A stretch of 64,000 nucleotides of DNA from Candidatus Bathyarchaeia archaeon (GTDB taxonomy: Archaea > Thermoproteota > Bathyarchaeia > Bathyarchaeales > Bathycorpusculaceae), in NCBI GenBank assembly GCA_038883775.1, contig JAVZLM010000001.1, positions 161,241 to 225,240 on the forward strand, in the 5' to 3' direction. The notes beneath the pieces were generated by a model that worked only from the letters and a program-made list of their open reading frames with translations, ran no database searches and was not told the origin of the DNA. Positions 8,647 through 17,742 of the stretch are shown here, one piece after another (position 1 is the stretch's first letter; each line of letters opens with the position of its first letter). Made by a program: the position numbers and the translations under genes.

Positions 8647-11019
8647 ATGGTTCAGAAAAATCTTATGTCAGCGGTTTTTCTCGTTATCTTAATATCGCTT
8701 ATAGTTATCCCAAACAATACTTCTGCAGCTCCTAATCTATCTAATCCGCCGAAAAATCCATATGAGCTTATCATAGACGTACCATTAGGCGCTGGAGGTG
8801 ATAGTGTTGATCCTGCTATGGGAAATGTATTCGTTCCATGGCACGTATGTGAAGTCCCTATAGGTTTTGACGGCGAACGTTACGATGTCTTTATTCCTTT
8901 AGCGGCCACTCAAGCTTGGATAGGTCCGCCACAAAATAACCCGACTTATGGTCCCCTGTCTCCACCTTATACAAATTATACAATATACTTCAAAATACGC
9001 ACAGGCATACCTTTCCACAACAGATGTAGAACTGATGAGCCATTCAATTTTAATCAGTATTACTTAACAACCATTGATGTGGAATACAGCATTGAAAGAG
9101 TGTTGGTGCACGACTTTTTAGCTTCGTGGACAACTGTTTATTTATATGAACCTTTGCTGGACTGTCAAACTGGAGACCCTACAGATCCAAATTTTGGAAC
9201 GAAGATAGATAACGCAGCTCAGAGCAATGAAACACATGTTTGGCTAAATATTGCAAATCCAGGCTTGAGTGAAGGTGGATCCGTTTCATTTGCTCCAGTC
9301 AAAATGTTTGAAACCGAAGATGGACGTTTTAGCGCAACATTTTGGGATGAAATTGCGCATCTCCCTCTAGGATATCCTGTCAGAATAATTCTACAAGTAA
9401 TTGCTGAGACATGGGTAGGCATCATAAGCAAACAATGGGTGCTCGACTTTGTGATTCCATGGGGTGTCACTAACAACATAGATTTGAACCCCGATGTGGA
9501 GGGAATACAGTTTGAATGGGATGGAGATTTCACTCATTGGGCTGACTACTGGCGTTGGGGAGAAAGCCCGCTTGATAAAATAGGTACCTTACACCCGGGT
9601 GTAATCATCGGGACAGGTCCATATATACTGGACCGATGGGATGCAACGCCTGCGGGAGAAGTGTCGCTTGTTAGGTTTGATGAGTATTGGGGAGGATGGC
9701 CAGCAAGATTGCCGAGTCCACCCTATTCGCCGCAACCAAGCAGTGGCATAAAACCAGCAGGTTACGTAACAAGAGTAACTATGAAGCGTAAGACTGAAGC
9801 CAGCATCATAGCTGATCTTTTATCTGGAGACTGCGACCTTGCACCCGAAATCTCAAGAGGAAGTTGCGTATCACTGCATGAAGATTATGACCTAAAAGGT
9901 CCAACACGCCCAGGGATTAGACTCCACTTCTATCCTTTCTTGGAGGTCATGTCATACCATTTTACATTTATCATTCAACCTACGTTGGACAATAGATGGG
10001 GAAAAGTTATCGCAAATAACACGTTCAGCGATGATGCCATACCTGCAAATTTCTTCAACGACTCCCATGTACGCAAAGCATTTGCCTATCTCATAAATTA
10101 CACCATGATAATCCAAGACATGTTATTCGGCGAAGCATACCAGCCTGTTACATGCGCACCATCTGGCATACCCTACGTCAATCTCACTCAGCCGCACTAC
10201 ACACAGAACATAACTAAAGCTATCGAAGAGTTCAACTTAGCCTTTGATGGGCAACTTGCAGAAACAGGCTTCACTATCAAACTGTATTATTTAGCCTTCG
10301 ATATATGGCCTGCCATCACCGAAGATCTCGCAGCAACTATAAACAAGGTGGGAAATGAATATTTTAATGGCAAATTCCACGCTGAGTCACATGAAATCTC
10401 TTCAGCTGAATTTTACACAGCACTATTCGAACATCAGCTTGCAGCTTATCCGATGGGTTGGATTGGGGACTATGCGGATATACATAACTTTATAGTCTGT
10501 TACATGGGCAGCAGTGGTTATTGGGCTTATGCTTCAGTTTATAGCAACCCGGAGGCAGATCAATTAATACAAAAAGGAATGAGAACGCCTGACGGCCCTG
10601 AAAGACAAGCGATCTACCAAAGACTACAGGAGATATACTATGAAGATGTTCCTAGTGTACCAACCCATGTTGAGGTGAGAAGATGGTACGCAAGAACGTG
10701 GGTTCAAGGAAATCAGCCAACCCATCCACTTTATACTACTACTTTTGGATATGCCCATTGGAAATGGGAGTATCTTCGGGGCAATGTGAACTATGACGAC
10801 AAAGTCTTCATGGATGACATCCTCGCCATTATCGACGCCTTCGGCTCCTACTACGGCAAGGCGAATATACCAATAATGCACCCAAGATGGAACTTTCACT
10901 GCGACGTTGACGGAAATCCCTTTGACTCGTGGCGTGACAGAAAAATTGATATGTACGATATAACAGCAGCCCTAGACAACTTCGGAAAAACCCAAACACC
11001 ATGGCAACCACCACCCTAA
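8647..11019 (+). CDS. dppA: Second peptide ABC substrate-binding protein (family 5) with C-terminal dockerin-like domain
   Basis: Paralog of 4901..7264; signal peptide, SVDPA, GTGPY, WIGDYAD; same dockerin-like tail. Confidence 0.88.
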   Translation: MVQKNLMSAVFLVILISLIVIPNNTSAAPNLSNPPKNPYELIIDVPLGAGGDSVDPAMGNVFVPWHVCEVPIGFDGERYDVFIPLAATQAWIGPPQNNPTYGPLSPPYTNYTIYFKIRTGIPFHNRCRTDEPFNFNQYYLTTIDVEYSIERVLVHDFLASWTTVYLYEPLLDCQTGDPTDPNFGTKIDNAAQSNETHVWLNIANPGLSEGGSVSFAPVKMFETEDGRFSATFWDEIAHLPLGYPVRIILQVIAETWVGIISKQWVLDFVIPWGVTNNIDLNPDVEGIQFEWDGDFTHWADYWRWGESPLDKIGTLHPGVIIGTGPYILDRWDATPAGEVSLVRFDEYWGGWPARLPSPPYSPQPSSGIKPAGYVTRVTMKRKTEASIIADLLSGDCDLAPEISRGSCVSLHEDYDLKGPTRPGIRLHFYPFLEVMSYHFTFIIQPTLDNRWGKVIANNTFSDDAIPANFFNDSHVRKAFAYLINYTMIIQDMLFGEAYQPVTCAPSGIPYVNLTQPHYTQNITKAIEEFNLAFDGQLAETGFTIKLYYLAFDIWPAITEDLAATINKVGNEYFNGKFHAESHEISSAEFYTALFEHQLAAYPMGWIGDYADIHNFIVCYMGSSGYWAYASVYSNPEADQLIQKGMRTPDGPERQAIYQRLQEIYYEDVPSVPTHVEVRRWYARTWVQGNQPTHPLYTTTFGYAHWKWEYLRGNVNYDDKVFMDDILAIIDAFGSYYGKANIPIMHPRWNFHCDVDGNPFDSWRDRKIDMYDITAALDNFGKTQTPWQPPP
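10795..10862 (+). repeat. 68-bp exact repeat, copy 2
   Basis: Identical to 7040-7107. Confidence 0.95.
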
Positions 11020-11034
11020 CAATACGAACAAAAC
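10935..11034 (+). repeat. 100-bp exact repeat, copy 2
   Basis: Identical to 7180-7279. Confidence 0.95.
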
Positions 11035-11165
11035 TCATCATCCTCATTTCTTATCTTTTAAAGGACTAATTCGAAATTGACCACAATCAAAGCCTCCGAC
11101 AAAGTTATAAATTAGATGTTCTTTGCTACCTTAAAGAAACGGGCACTAAAAGAAGTGAGCATCAA

Positions 11166-12200
11166 TTGGGTTTGCGAGAATATATCATAAGAAGAATCAT
11201 TTTGCTAATACCTGTAGTCTTTGGAGCAGTTATACTTGTTTTCGCTATCACACAGATGATTCCGCCTGCTTCGAGGGCATACCTTTACATAAGGTCAGAA
11301 AAAGATATTCAAAAAATATCAGAATTCATAAAAGCTTACCATCTAGACGCTTCTCCTCTGGAGCAGTTCTATTACTGGTTCCAAGAAGTTTTAAAAGGGA
11401 ATTTAGGCTGGTCAACAGAGGGAAGAGCCCCTGTTTTAAGCGTGATCAGGACCTCTTGGCCTGCTACAATTGAAATAGTGCTTTTTTCAGCTCCAATAAC
11501 AATACTTTTGGGTATATACCTAGGAGTGCTATCTGCTGTCCATCGTGATAAACTAGTTGACCATGCCACACGCTTATTTTCAATAACCGGCTACTCCCTT
11601 CCAGCTTTTTGGCTAGCACTCATATTACTTTCGATTGCATTTTCCTTAACGGGAGAAAACATAACAGGTAGAGTTTCTCCAGAACTCCAGAATGTCGTGA
11701 CAAACTCGCTCATATTTAAAACCTATACTGGTCTATACACAATTGATGGAATATTAAACGGAAGGTTAGACGTAACTATTGATGCACTTAAACATTTGAT
11801 CCTACCCGTTATTACGATAACCACGGTTAACGTCGCAGGCCTAATTAGACTCATGCGATCCAGCATGCTTGAGGCCCTTACAAAAGGCTATATAGTCACA
11901 GCTAAGGCTAAAGGTCTAAAAAATAGTCAAGTAATAAACAAACATGCCAGAAGGAACGCCTTAATACCAGTAGTTACGATGTCGGGAATGTTAGTCATCT
12001 GGATGCTCTCAGGTTTGGTTATAACTGAAACTATTTTTAATTTTGGTGGCTTGGGAAGTTGGGCGGCAAGATGTGCATTACGATTAGATATAGCATCAGT
12101 AGTTGGTTTCACACTTTTTACGGCATTACTTTTCGTTATTTCAAACTTAGTAATTGACATTTTGTACGCCTACATTGATCCGAGAATAAGGCTGGGATGA
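11166..12200 (+). CDS. dppB: Dipeptide/oligopeptide ABC permease
   Basis: YIIRR N-terminus, GNLGWS, HLILP, EAA-loop TAKAKGL, ITETIF, YAYIDPRIR. Confidence 0.93.
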   Translation: MGLREYIIRRIILLIPVVFGAVILVFAITQMIPPASRAYLYIRSEKDIQKISEFIKAYHLDASPLEQFYYWFQEVLKGNLGWSTEGRAPVLSVIRTSWPATIEIVLFSAPITILLGIYLGVLSAVHRDKLVDHATRLFSITGYSLPAFWLALILLSIAFSLTGENITGRVSPELQNVVTNSLIFKTYTGLYTIDGILNGRLDVTIDALKHLILPVITITTVNVAGLIRLMRSSMLEALTKGYIVTAKAKGLKNSQVINKHARRNALIPVVTMSGMLVIWMLSGLVITETIFNFGGLGSWAARCALRLDIASVVGFTLFTALLFVISNLVIDILYAYIDPRIRLG

Positions 12201-12201
12201 T

Positions 12202-13380
12202 ATGCGTTCAAAAAAATTCAAATTAAAATTCTATGAATGGAAAAAGGCTAATGAGCCAACAATAAAAGAATTCAAATTTATGTTGAGCAATATTAGAAAA
12301 AGTCCGTTGTCAATTATTGGCATGTTCATTATTTTATTTTATGTGCTTGTTGCATTATCAGCACCCTATCTTGCTCCCCCGTATCCATCATGGGACGTGG
12401 CGAAAATAAATGATCCCTTCGCTATTCCGCGTGCTGGTAGCAAATTTCTTCCTTCACCACCCACTCCAGAACATCCATTTGGGCTAACAATCGATCAATA
12501 TGATATATACTATGGATGTATATGGGGGAGCATAACCGCCTTCCGTGTAGGAGTCTACGTTGTGGCAATATCTTTATTGATAGGCCTGACTTTAGGATTA
12601 GTTGCTGGCTATTATGGAGGTTTAGTGGACGAAATTTTAATGCGGTTCACAGACATCATTATGGCATTTCCAGGTTTGATACTGGCTATGACGTTTACCA
12701 TAGCATTACCCGGAACGTTAACAATTCCTCTGACAGTCATTTTAATATTATTGACAGTTTTTTTCTTAATTTTAACTACAAGGAATCTTTCAAGCATCGA
12801 AAGAAGAGAAATTTTAAAAACGAGAACTTTCACAATTCCAATTAGTGTAACCTTAGCGTTAATGGCCGTTGTAGCCGCAATATTTTTTGGATACATCTCT
12901 GATGTGGGAATTTTAAACATACCTTTAACACGACTTGATAAAGTTTTAATATCACTAATTCTTGTCGGATGGCCCGGATACGCGAGGCTGATAAGAGGAG
13001 AAGTTCTCCGTACAAAAAACGAAGATTATGTGGAAGCTGCTAAGGCCATTGGATGCAGCGACTTACGGATAATTCTGAGGCATATTGTTCCTAACACGAT
13101 CTATCCTATAATCATCTTGGGGTCACTAGACATAGGCTCGATTGTTCTCTCCGCGGCTGCGTTAAGTTTCCTAGGCATAGGCGCAGAGAAAAATTTCGCA
13201 GACTGGGGACAACTAGTTCAAAAATCACAGCAAATTATGACAGCAGGCGCGCAGAGTTTGCTTTTTTACTGGTACATATGGTTAATTCCAGGAGCGTTCA
13301 TCTTTATATTTGGTTTGGGATGGAACCTTCTTGGAGACGCACTTAGAGACATTTTGGATCCAACATTGAGAAGGCGATAG
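12202..13380 (+). CDS. dppC: Dipeptide/oligopeptide ABC permease with extra TM hairpin
   Basis: HPFG, GWPGYARLIRG, YVEAAKAIG, ALSFLGIG, LGDALRDILDP. Confidence 0.93.
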   Translation: MRSKKFKLKFYEWKKANEPTIKEFKFMLSNIRKSPLSIIGMFIILFYVLVALSAPYLAPPYPSWDVAKINDPFAIPRAGSKFLPSPPTPEHPFGLTIDQYDIYYGCIWGSITAFRVGVYVVAISLLIGLTLGLVAGYYGGLVDEILMRFTDIIMAFPGLILAMTFTIALPGTLTIPLTVILILLTVFFLILTTRNLSSIERREILKTRTFTIPISVTLALMAVVAAIFFGYISDVGILNIPLTRLDKVLISLILVGWPGYARLIRGEVLRTKNEDYVEAAKAIGCSDLRIILRHIVPNTIYPIIILGSLDIGSIVLSAAALSFLGIGAEKNFADWGQLVQKSQQIMTAGAQSLLFYWYIWLIPGAFIFIFGLGWNLLGDALRDILDPTLRRR

Positions 13381-13382
13381 AA

Positions 13383-14507
13383 TTGCAAAGTGATAGCCTA
13401 ATAAAAGTTGAAGGTTTAGTATTAAGATTTTACACTTACGAAGGCATAGTTGAAGCGTTAGACAACGTGAACTTACAGATAAAACCTGGCGAAATACTTG
13501 GGCTTGTTGGCGAAACTGGATGTGGAAAGAGCGTTACAAGTCTTTCAATACTTAACATAGTCCCTCCACCGGGAGTAATTGAAGGTGGAAAAATAATCAT
13601 AAACACAGATGGAAAAGAAATAGATCTTTTAAAACAGAAAGAAGATTTTTTGAGGAAAGTTCGTGGCAACGATATATCCATGGTTTTTCAGGAGCCAAAG
13701 GCGTACCTTAACCCGGTCTATACTGTGGCAGATCAAATTGGAGAAGTTTTAATCGAACATAGAAAAAAGGAATTTATCGATCGTGTACTTGAAGAGCTTA
13801 AACAAAAGAATGAAAGTTTTTATTTACGCCTATATACGAAAATGGCTAAAAATCCGAACGCTTTGTCCATTAAGGTTCTTTCTAAAATACCATTGATCAG
13901 AAGATTCGAAAACCCACTTAAAAGTGAAATCAGAAAGGAAGTAATCAAAATCCTTAGAAGTTTGGAGATCGCCGACCCTGAAAGGGTTGCTGATATGTAT
14001 CCACATGAACTAAGCGGTGGAATGGCGCAAAGAGTTGTGATCGCAATGGCCCTTGCATGCAACCCCAAGCTTCTGATATGCGATGAACCTACCACAAATT
14101 TGGACGTAACTGTGCAGGCTCAAATATTGGAGCTCATAAGAATTTTAAGGCAAAACTTCAAATCCTCAATACTTTATATTACGCACGATTTGGGAGTCAT
14201 CGCCGAACTTTGTGAACGGGTAGCAGTAATGTACGCCGGGAATGTTGTTGAAATTGCTGAAGTTATAGAGATTTTCAAGAAACCTTTACACCCGTATACT
14301 CAAGCATTGCTTGAGTCAATTCCAAGACCGGGAAAAAAATTTAAATCAATTCCTGGGATGGTGCCGAGTCTAATTAACCCTCCGAAAGCATGTCGATTTT
14401 ATGATAGATGCTATTACACAATGGATATATGCCAAAAGATTAAACCTAAACTCATAGAAGTTACAAAAAATCATTTCGTTGCTTGCCATATGTATGGAGA
14501 AAAATAG
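13383..14507 (+). CDS. dppD: Peptide ABC transporter ATPase
   Basis: GETGCGKS, LSGGMAQR, DEPTT, HPYT, C-terminal Cys cluster. Confidence 0.93.
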   Translation: MQSDSLIKVEGLVLRFYTYEGIVEALDNVNLQIKPGEILGLVGETGCGKSVTSLSILNIVPPPGVIEGGKIIINTDGKEIDLLKQKEDFLRKVRGNDISMVFQEPKAYLNPVYTVADQIGEVLIEHRKKEFIDRVLEELKQKNESFYLRLYTKMAKNPNALSIKVLSKIPLIRRFENPLKSEIRKEVIKILRSLEIADPERVADMYPHELSGGMAQRVVIAMALACNPKLLICDEPTTNLDVTVQAQILELIRILRQNFKSSILYITHDLGVIAELCERVAVMYAGNVVEIAEVIEIFKKPLHPYTQALLESIPRPGKKFKSIPGMVPSLINPPKACRFYDRCYYTMDICQKIKPKLIEVTKNHFVACHMYGEK

Positions 14508-15584
14508 ATGTACGAGCTAATACTTTACATAAAAGAACTAAAAAAATACTATCCAATACTCGGCGGAATCCTAAGGAAAAAAGTTGCAGAAGTCAAAGCA
14601 GTAGATAACGTAAGCTTTCAGATATTCAGAGGCGAGTGCTTAGGACTTGTTGGCGAGTCGGGATGTGGAAAAACTACATTGGGAAAAACAATAATAAGAC
14701 TTCTTAATCCAACATCGGGTCACATATACTTTAGTATTCAAGATAACATATACAAAGAAGCTGAAAGCTCAGAACAAAGTTCAATAAACATGGAAGAATT
14801 ACAAAAAATTGGAATCAGCCCAAGCCAAGTAAAGAACATGGCTGACATTTCAACGTTCAAGGGATTAAAGCTTAAAAAGCTTCGTAGAAGAATGCAAATA
14901 GTTTATCAAGATCCTACGACTTCCCTAAATCCAAGAATGCTTGTAAAGGATATAGTGGGCGAACCCTTAATCGTCCAAAAAATTGTTAAAAAATCTGAAG
15001 TTCTGCCTAAAGTTACTGAAATGTTACACAAAGTGGGAATGGGTGAACAGCACCTTTACAGATATCCACACGAATTTAGCGGGGGACAAAGACAACGAAT
15101 TGCTATAGCAAGAGCACTCATTACGAACCCGGAATTTGTAGTCTTAGATGAACCAACATCTGCAGTTGACGTTTCTGTTAGAGCTCAATTGTTGGAACTA
15201 TTTCAAGGACTACAGAAAAGCATGGGATTGACCTATCTCTTTGTAAGCCACGACTTGAGCGTTGTAGAATGCATAAGTCACAGAGTTGCCGTGATGTATC
15301 TTGGAAAAATAGTTGAGTTAGCTGAAACAGAGAAAATATTCAAGAATCCTTTGCATCCCTATACTCAAGCACTTATGAATTCGATTCCAATACCTGACCC
15401 GACTAAACGCAGGATGCGAGCTATCCTAAGAGGAGAAGTTCCAAGCCCAATTAATCCTCCAATAGGCTGTAGATTTCATCCACGTTGTTCATTAGCGATG
15501 GATATATGTCGCAAAGAAGAACCATTGTTACAGGATGCCGGAAACCATCATATGGTAGCATGTCATGCAATTAAAGGCAAATAA
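14508..15584 (+). CDS. dppF: Peptide ABC transporter ATPase
   Basis: GESGCGKT, FSGGQRQR, DEPTS, HPYT, GCRFHPRC. Confidence 0.93.
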   Translation: MYELILYIKELKKYYPILGGILRKKVAEVKAVDNVSFQIFRGECLGLVGESGCGKTTLGKTIIRLLNPTSGHIYFSIQDNIYKEAESSEQSSINMEELQKIGISPSQVKNMADISTFKGLKLKKLRRRMQIVYQDPTTSLNPRMLVKDIVGEPLIVQKIVKKSEVLPKVTEMLHKVGMGEQHLYRYPHEFSGGQRQRIAIARALITNPEFVVLDEPTSAVDVSVRAQLLELFQGLQKSMGLTYLFVSHDLSVVECISHRVAVMYLGKIVELAETEKIFKNPLHPYTQALMNSIPIPDPTKRRMRAILRGEVPSPINPPIGCRFHPRCSLAMDICRKEEPLLQDAGNHHMVACHAIKGK

Positions 15585-15607
15585 AAGCGAATGGGCGCAT
15601 GCAATTT

Positions 15608-16252
15608 TCAGCGTTTTCTAAAAAGTTTTCTTTTCCTCTTGTATAGTTCATATGATGTTAAAACTACACCTAAAACGGTTAGTGTGACACCGACAGGTAA
15701 AAGAAACATGTAAGGATAAGAAACTTCTTGTTTCAGCAACCAAATTCGTGCCGGGGGATCTTCGGATCCGAAATTATTAAAAATTGACTTCTCATCAACT
15801 ATAACGGTAAAGTTTCCCTCTTTCTTAACCACTCCACCAATGTAATCTTGAACTTTTTCTACAGATAATGATGATTCACTACTTGATCCTCCTGCACCTA
15901 CACTTGCAGTTGCGTTGAGTAATGATAAAACTGGCGTGATGCTTAAAGGTGATCCTTGGTATACATAGAAATAACATACAAAGTCAATACGAGTAGCGTC
16001 TGGACCAGTGATGGTGACGTTAATCGCAACTGTGCGTCCACCCGCAAGAAATCGTCCCCACTCGCGATGTGCCCTTATGTCGACGATCATCATTTCACCT
16101 TTTCTATAATATCCTGTGACATTCCAAACAAAGTATTCCTGTTTTACAGATAATTGATCAGGGGATATGTTAGAAATATTGGAAACACTCATAAGTGAGA
16201 AACTCGCAATTAAAAGAAAAATGCCCATGTAAAGGGAAGTATTTTTTCTCAT
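15608..16252 (-). CDS. Hypothetical membrane protein (N-terminal signal/TM, beta-rich ectodomain, C-terminal TM + basic tail)
   Basis: Hydrophobic ends, KRKRKLFRKR tail. Confidence 0.7.
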   Translation of the reverse strand: MRKNTSLYMGIFLLIASFSLMSVSNISNISPDQLSVKQEYFVWNVTGYYRKGEMMIVDIRAHREWGRFLAGGRTVAINVTITGPDATRIDFVCYFYVYQGSPLSITPVLSLLNATASVGAGGSSSESSLSVEKVQDYIGGVVKKEGNFTVIVDEKSIFNNFGSEDPPARIWLLKQEVSYPYMFLLPVGVTLTVLGVVLTSYELYKRKRKLFRKR

Positions 16253-16406
16253 CAGTTGAGCACCAAAATGTTAACATTGCTTGAACATTTATGTTTTTCT
16301 TTGAAAGAGAAAACATTTTAAATTTTCAGTTAGAACGAACATTTTAATGTAGGTTGTGCTCAACAAACTTATAAATCGCTTTGATAACCTCTATACGTGG
16401 TTGAAA

Positions 16407-17516
16407 ATGAAACATAAATGGTTAACAAGGGCAACCTTGCTTACTGTGATATTACTATTATCTTTGCTGGCGCCTCTTTCTACGATAGTCGTTAAAGCCC
16501 AAGAAGAGGCTACGATAAGGATTATAAATCCCTTGTCAGGTGACAACAAGTTCATTTTTAACATTGCGGATTTTCCAGTGAACACCACCTTCACTGTTGA
16601 ATTTTACATCGAAAATGTAACTGCACTACTAAGTTGGCAAATATTCATAAAATGGAACAATACAATTATACACTTTCAAAAGGGTTGGATACCTGACAAC
16701 AACGTTTTCGCTGAAGCTATTGACCAAGGCGCTACGCTAATAGCACCGCCGCCATCCGTGGAGATAGTAGAGGATACTGGCTACTTGAAATATGGTGCCT
16801 CAATACTTCCATTAACACCAGTTAATGTGCCTGACAGCGCCCTTTTATGCAAGCTAAACTTCACGATAGCAATAGAGCCTCAAGACAGCCAGGAATTCAC
16901 AAACATAGAATTGATACCAAAAGAGGAAGGAAGTACATCCTTAGACACTTTTGTCATCCTTAAAAAAGACTCATCTCGGACACCTATTCCCGTGTACGCC
17001 CAACCGGCAATCGTGAGAATTTTAAAGGAGGAAATTTCGATAATTCGAGATCTTGCGATACACTTGCTTAAGGTTGAACCATCAATTGTTGATGCTGGCG
17101 ACACATTAACGATCACATTAGTGCTCATCAATTTCGGTAATGATCTGGAAACTGCTAATATCACAATACGTTATAACGAAACGATACTTATAAACTTTGA
17201 ACAATCATTGGGAGCCAACCAAAACTTCATTAAAGAAAAAACATGGAACACAACAGGTGTTAAGCCTGGACTTTACATAATTTCAGTTGATATTGCCATA
17301 CTTCCCGGCGAGACAAACACGACGAACAACCATGCAGAAAATATGGTAATTATTAACAAAAAGCTAGAAATTCAAGAGTATATAGTTTGGATTCTTATTT
17401 TATGGCTTAACACACCACTGGGAATATTAGCAATAACATACACCTTGATTTTCATAGGAATTTTCACATTATTATCGATACGTAAGAAACTAAAAGTTAT
17501 ACGAAGTAAGCTGTAA
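16407..17516 (+). CDS. Cell-surface protein: cohesin-like domain + CARDB/Ig-like domain + C-terminal TM anchor
   Basis: Signal peptide ending VKA; TTFTVEFYIENVTALLSWQIFIKWNNTII...LLCKLNFTI (cohesin pattern); DLAI...GDTLTIT...NFG...WNTTG..PG.Y...GETNTTNN (CARDB pattern); start moved to ATG 16407 (ORF from 16356). Confidence 0.72.
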   Translation: MKHKWLTRATLLTVILLLSLLAPLSTIVVKAQEEATIRIINPLSGDNKFIFNIADFPVNTTFTVEFYIENVTALLSWQIFIKWNNTIIHFQKGWIPDNNVFAEAIDQGATLIAPPPSVEIVEDTGYLKYGASILPLTPVNVPDSALLCKLNFTIAIEPQDSQEFTNIELIPKEEGSTSLDTFVILKKDSSRTPIPVYAQPAIVRILKEEISIIRDLAIHLLKVEPSIVDAGDTLTITLVLINFGNDLETANITIRYNETILINFEQSLGANQNFIKEKTWNTTGVKPGLYIISVDIAILPGETNTTNNHAENMVIINKKLEIQEYIVWILILWLNTPLGILAITYTLIFIGIFTLLSIRKKLKVIRSKL

Positions 17517-17742
17517 AACTAAATAACTGTAAACAAAAAGATATTATATAAAGCGTTTTTATTTTGCCATGCGAAAAAGGAAGATTAAGAACGGTTCAAG
17601 AAAAACTTAGTGCAAATAGCTACTTAGTTTAGTGCTTAGGTTGTGCGATGAGAGGTTCATTTTATGCGTTGGTTTTTAAACGATGCTTGAGAAATAGCAA
17701 ATTTAAAATATTTCTTTGTGGAAAAACTTAGCCAAGGTGAGA

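Noticed and set aside
7040-11034. SBP C-terminal repeats as a DGR template/variable repeat pair
   Set aside because: Blocks are fully identical, the diverged linker differs at all base types rather than only at A, and no reverse transcriptase is in the window.
7074-11047. Similar minus-strand ORFs 7074..7298 and 10829..11047 as a small gene family
   Set aside because: They are antisense shadows of the repeated dockerin DNA.
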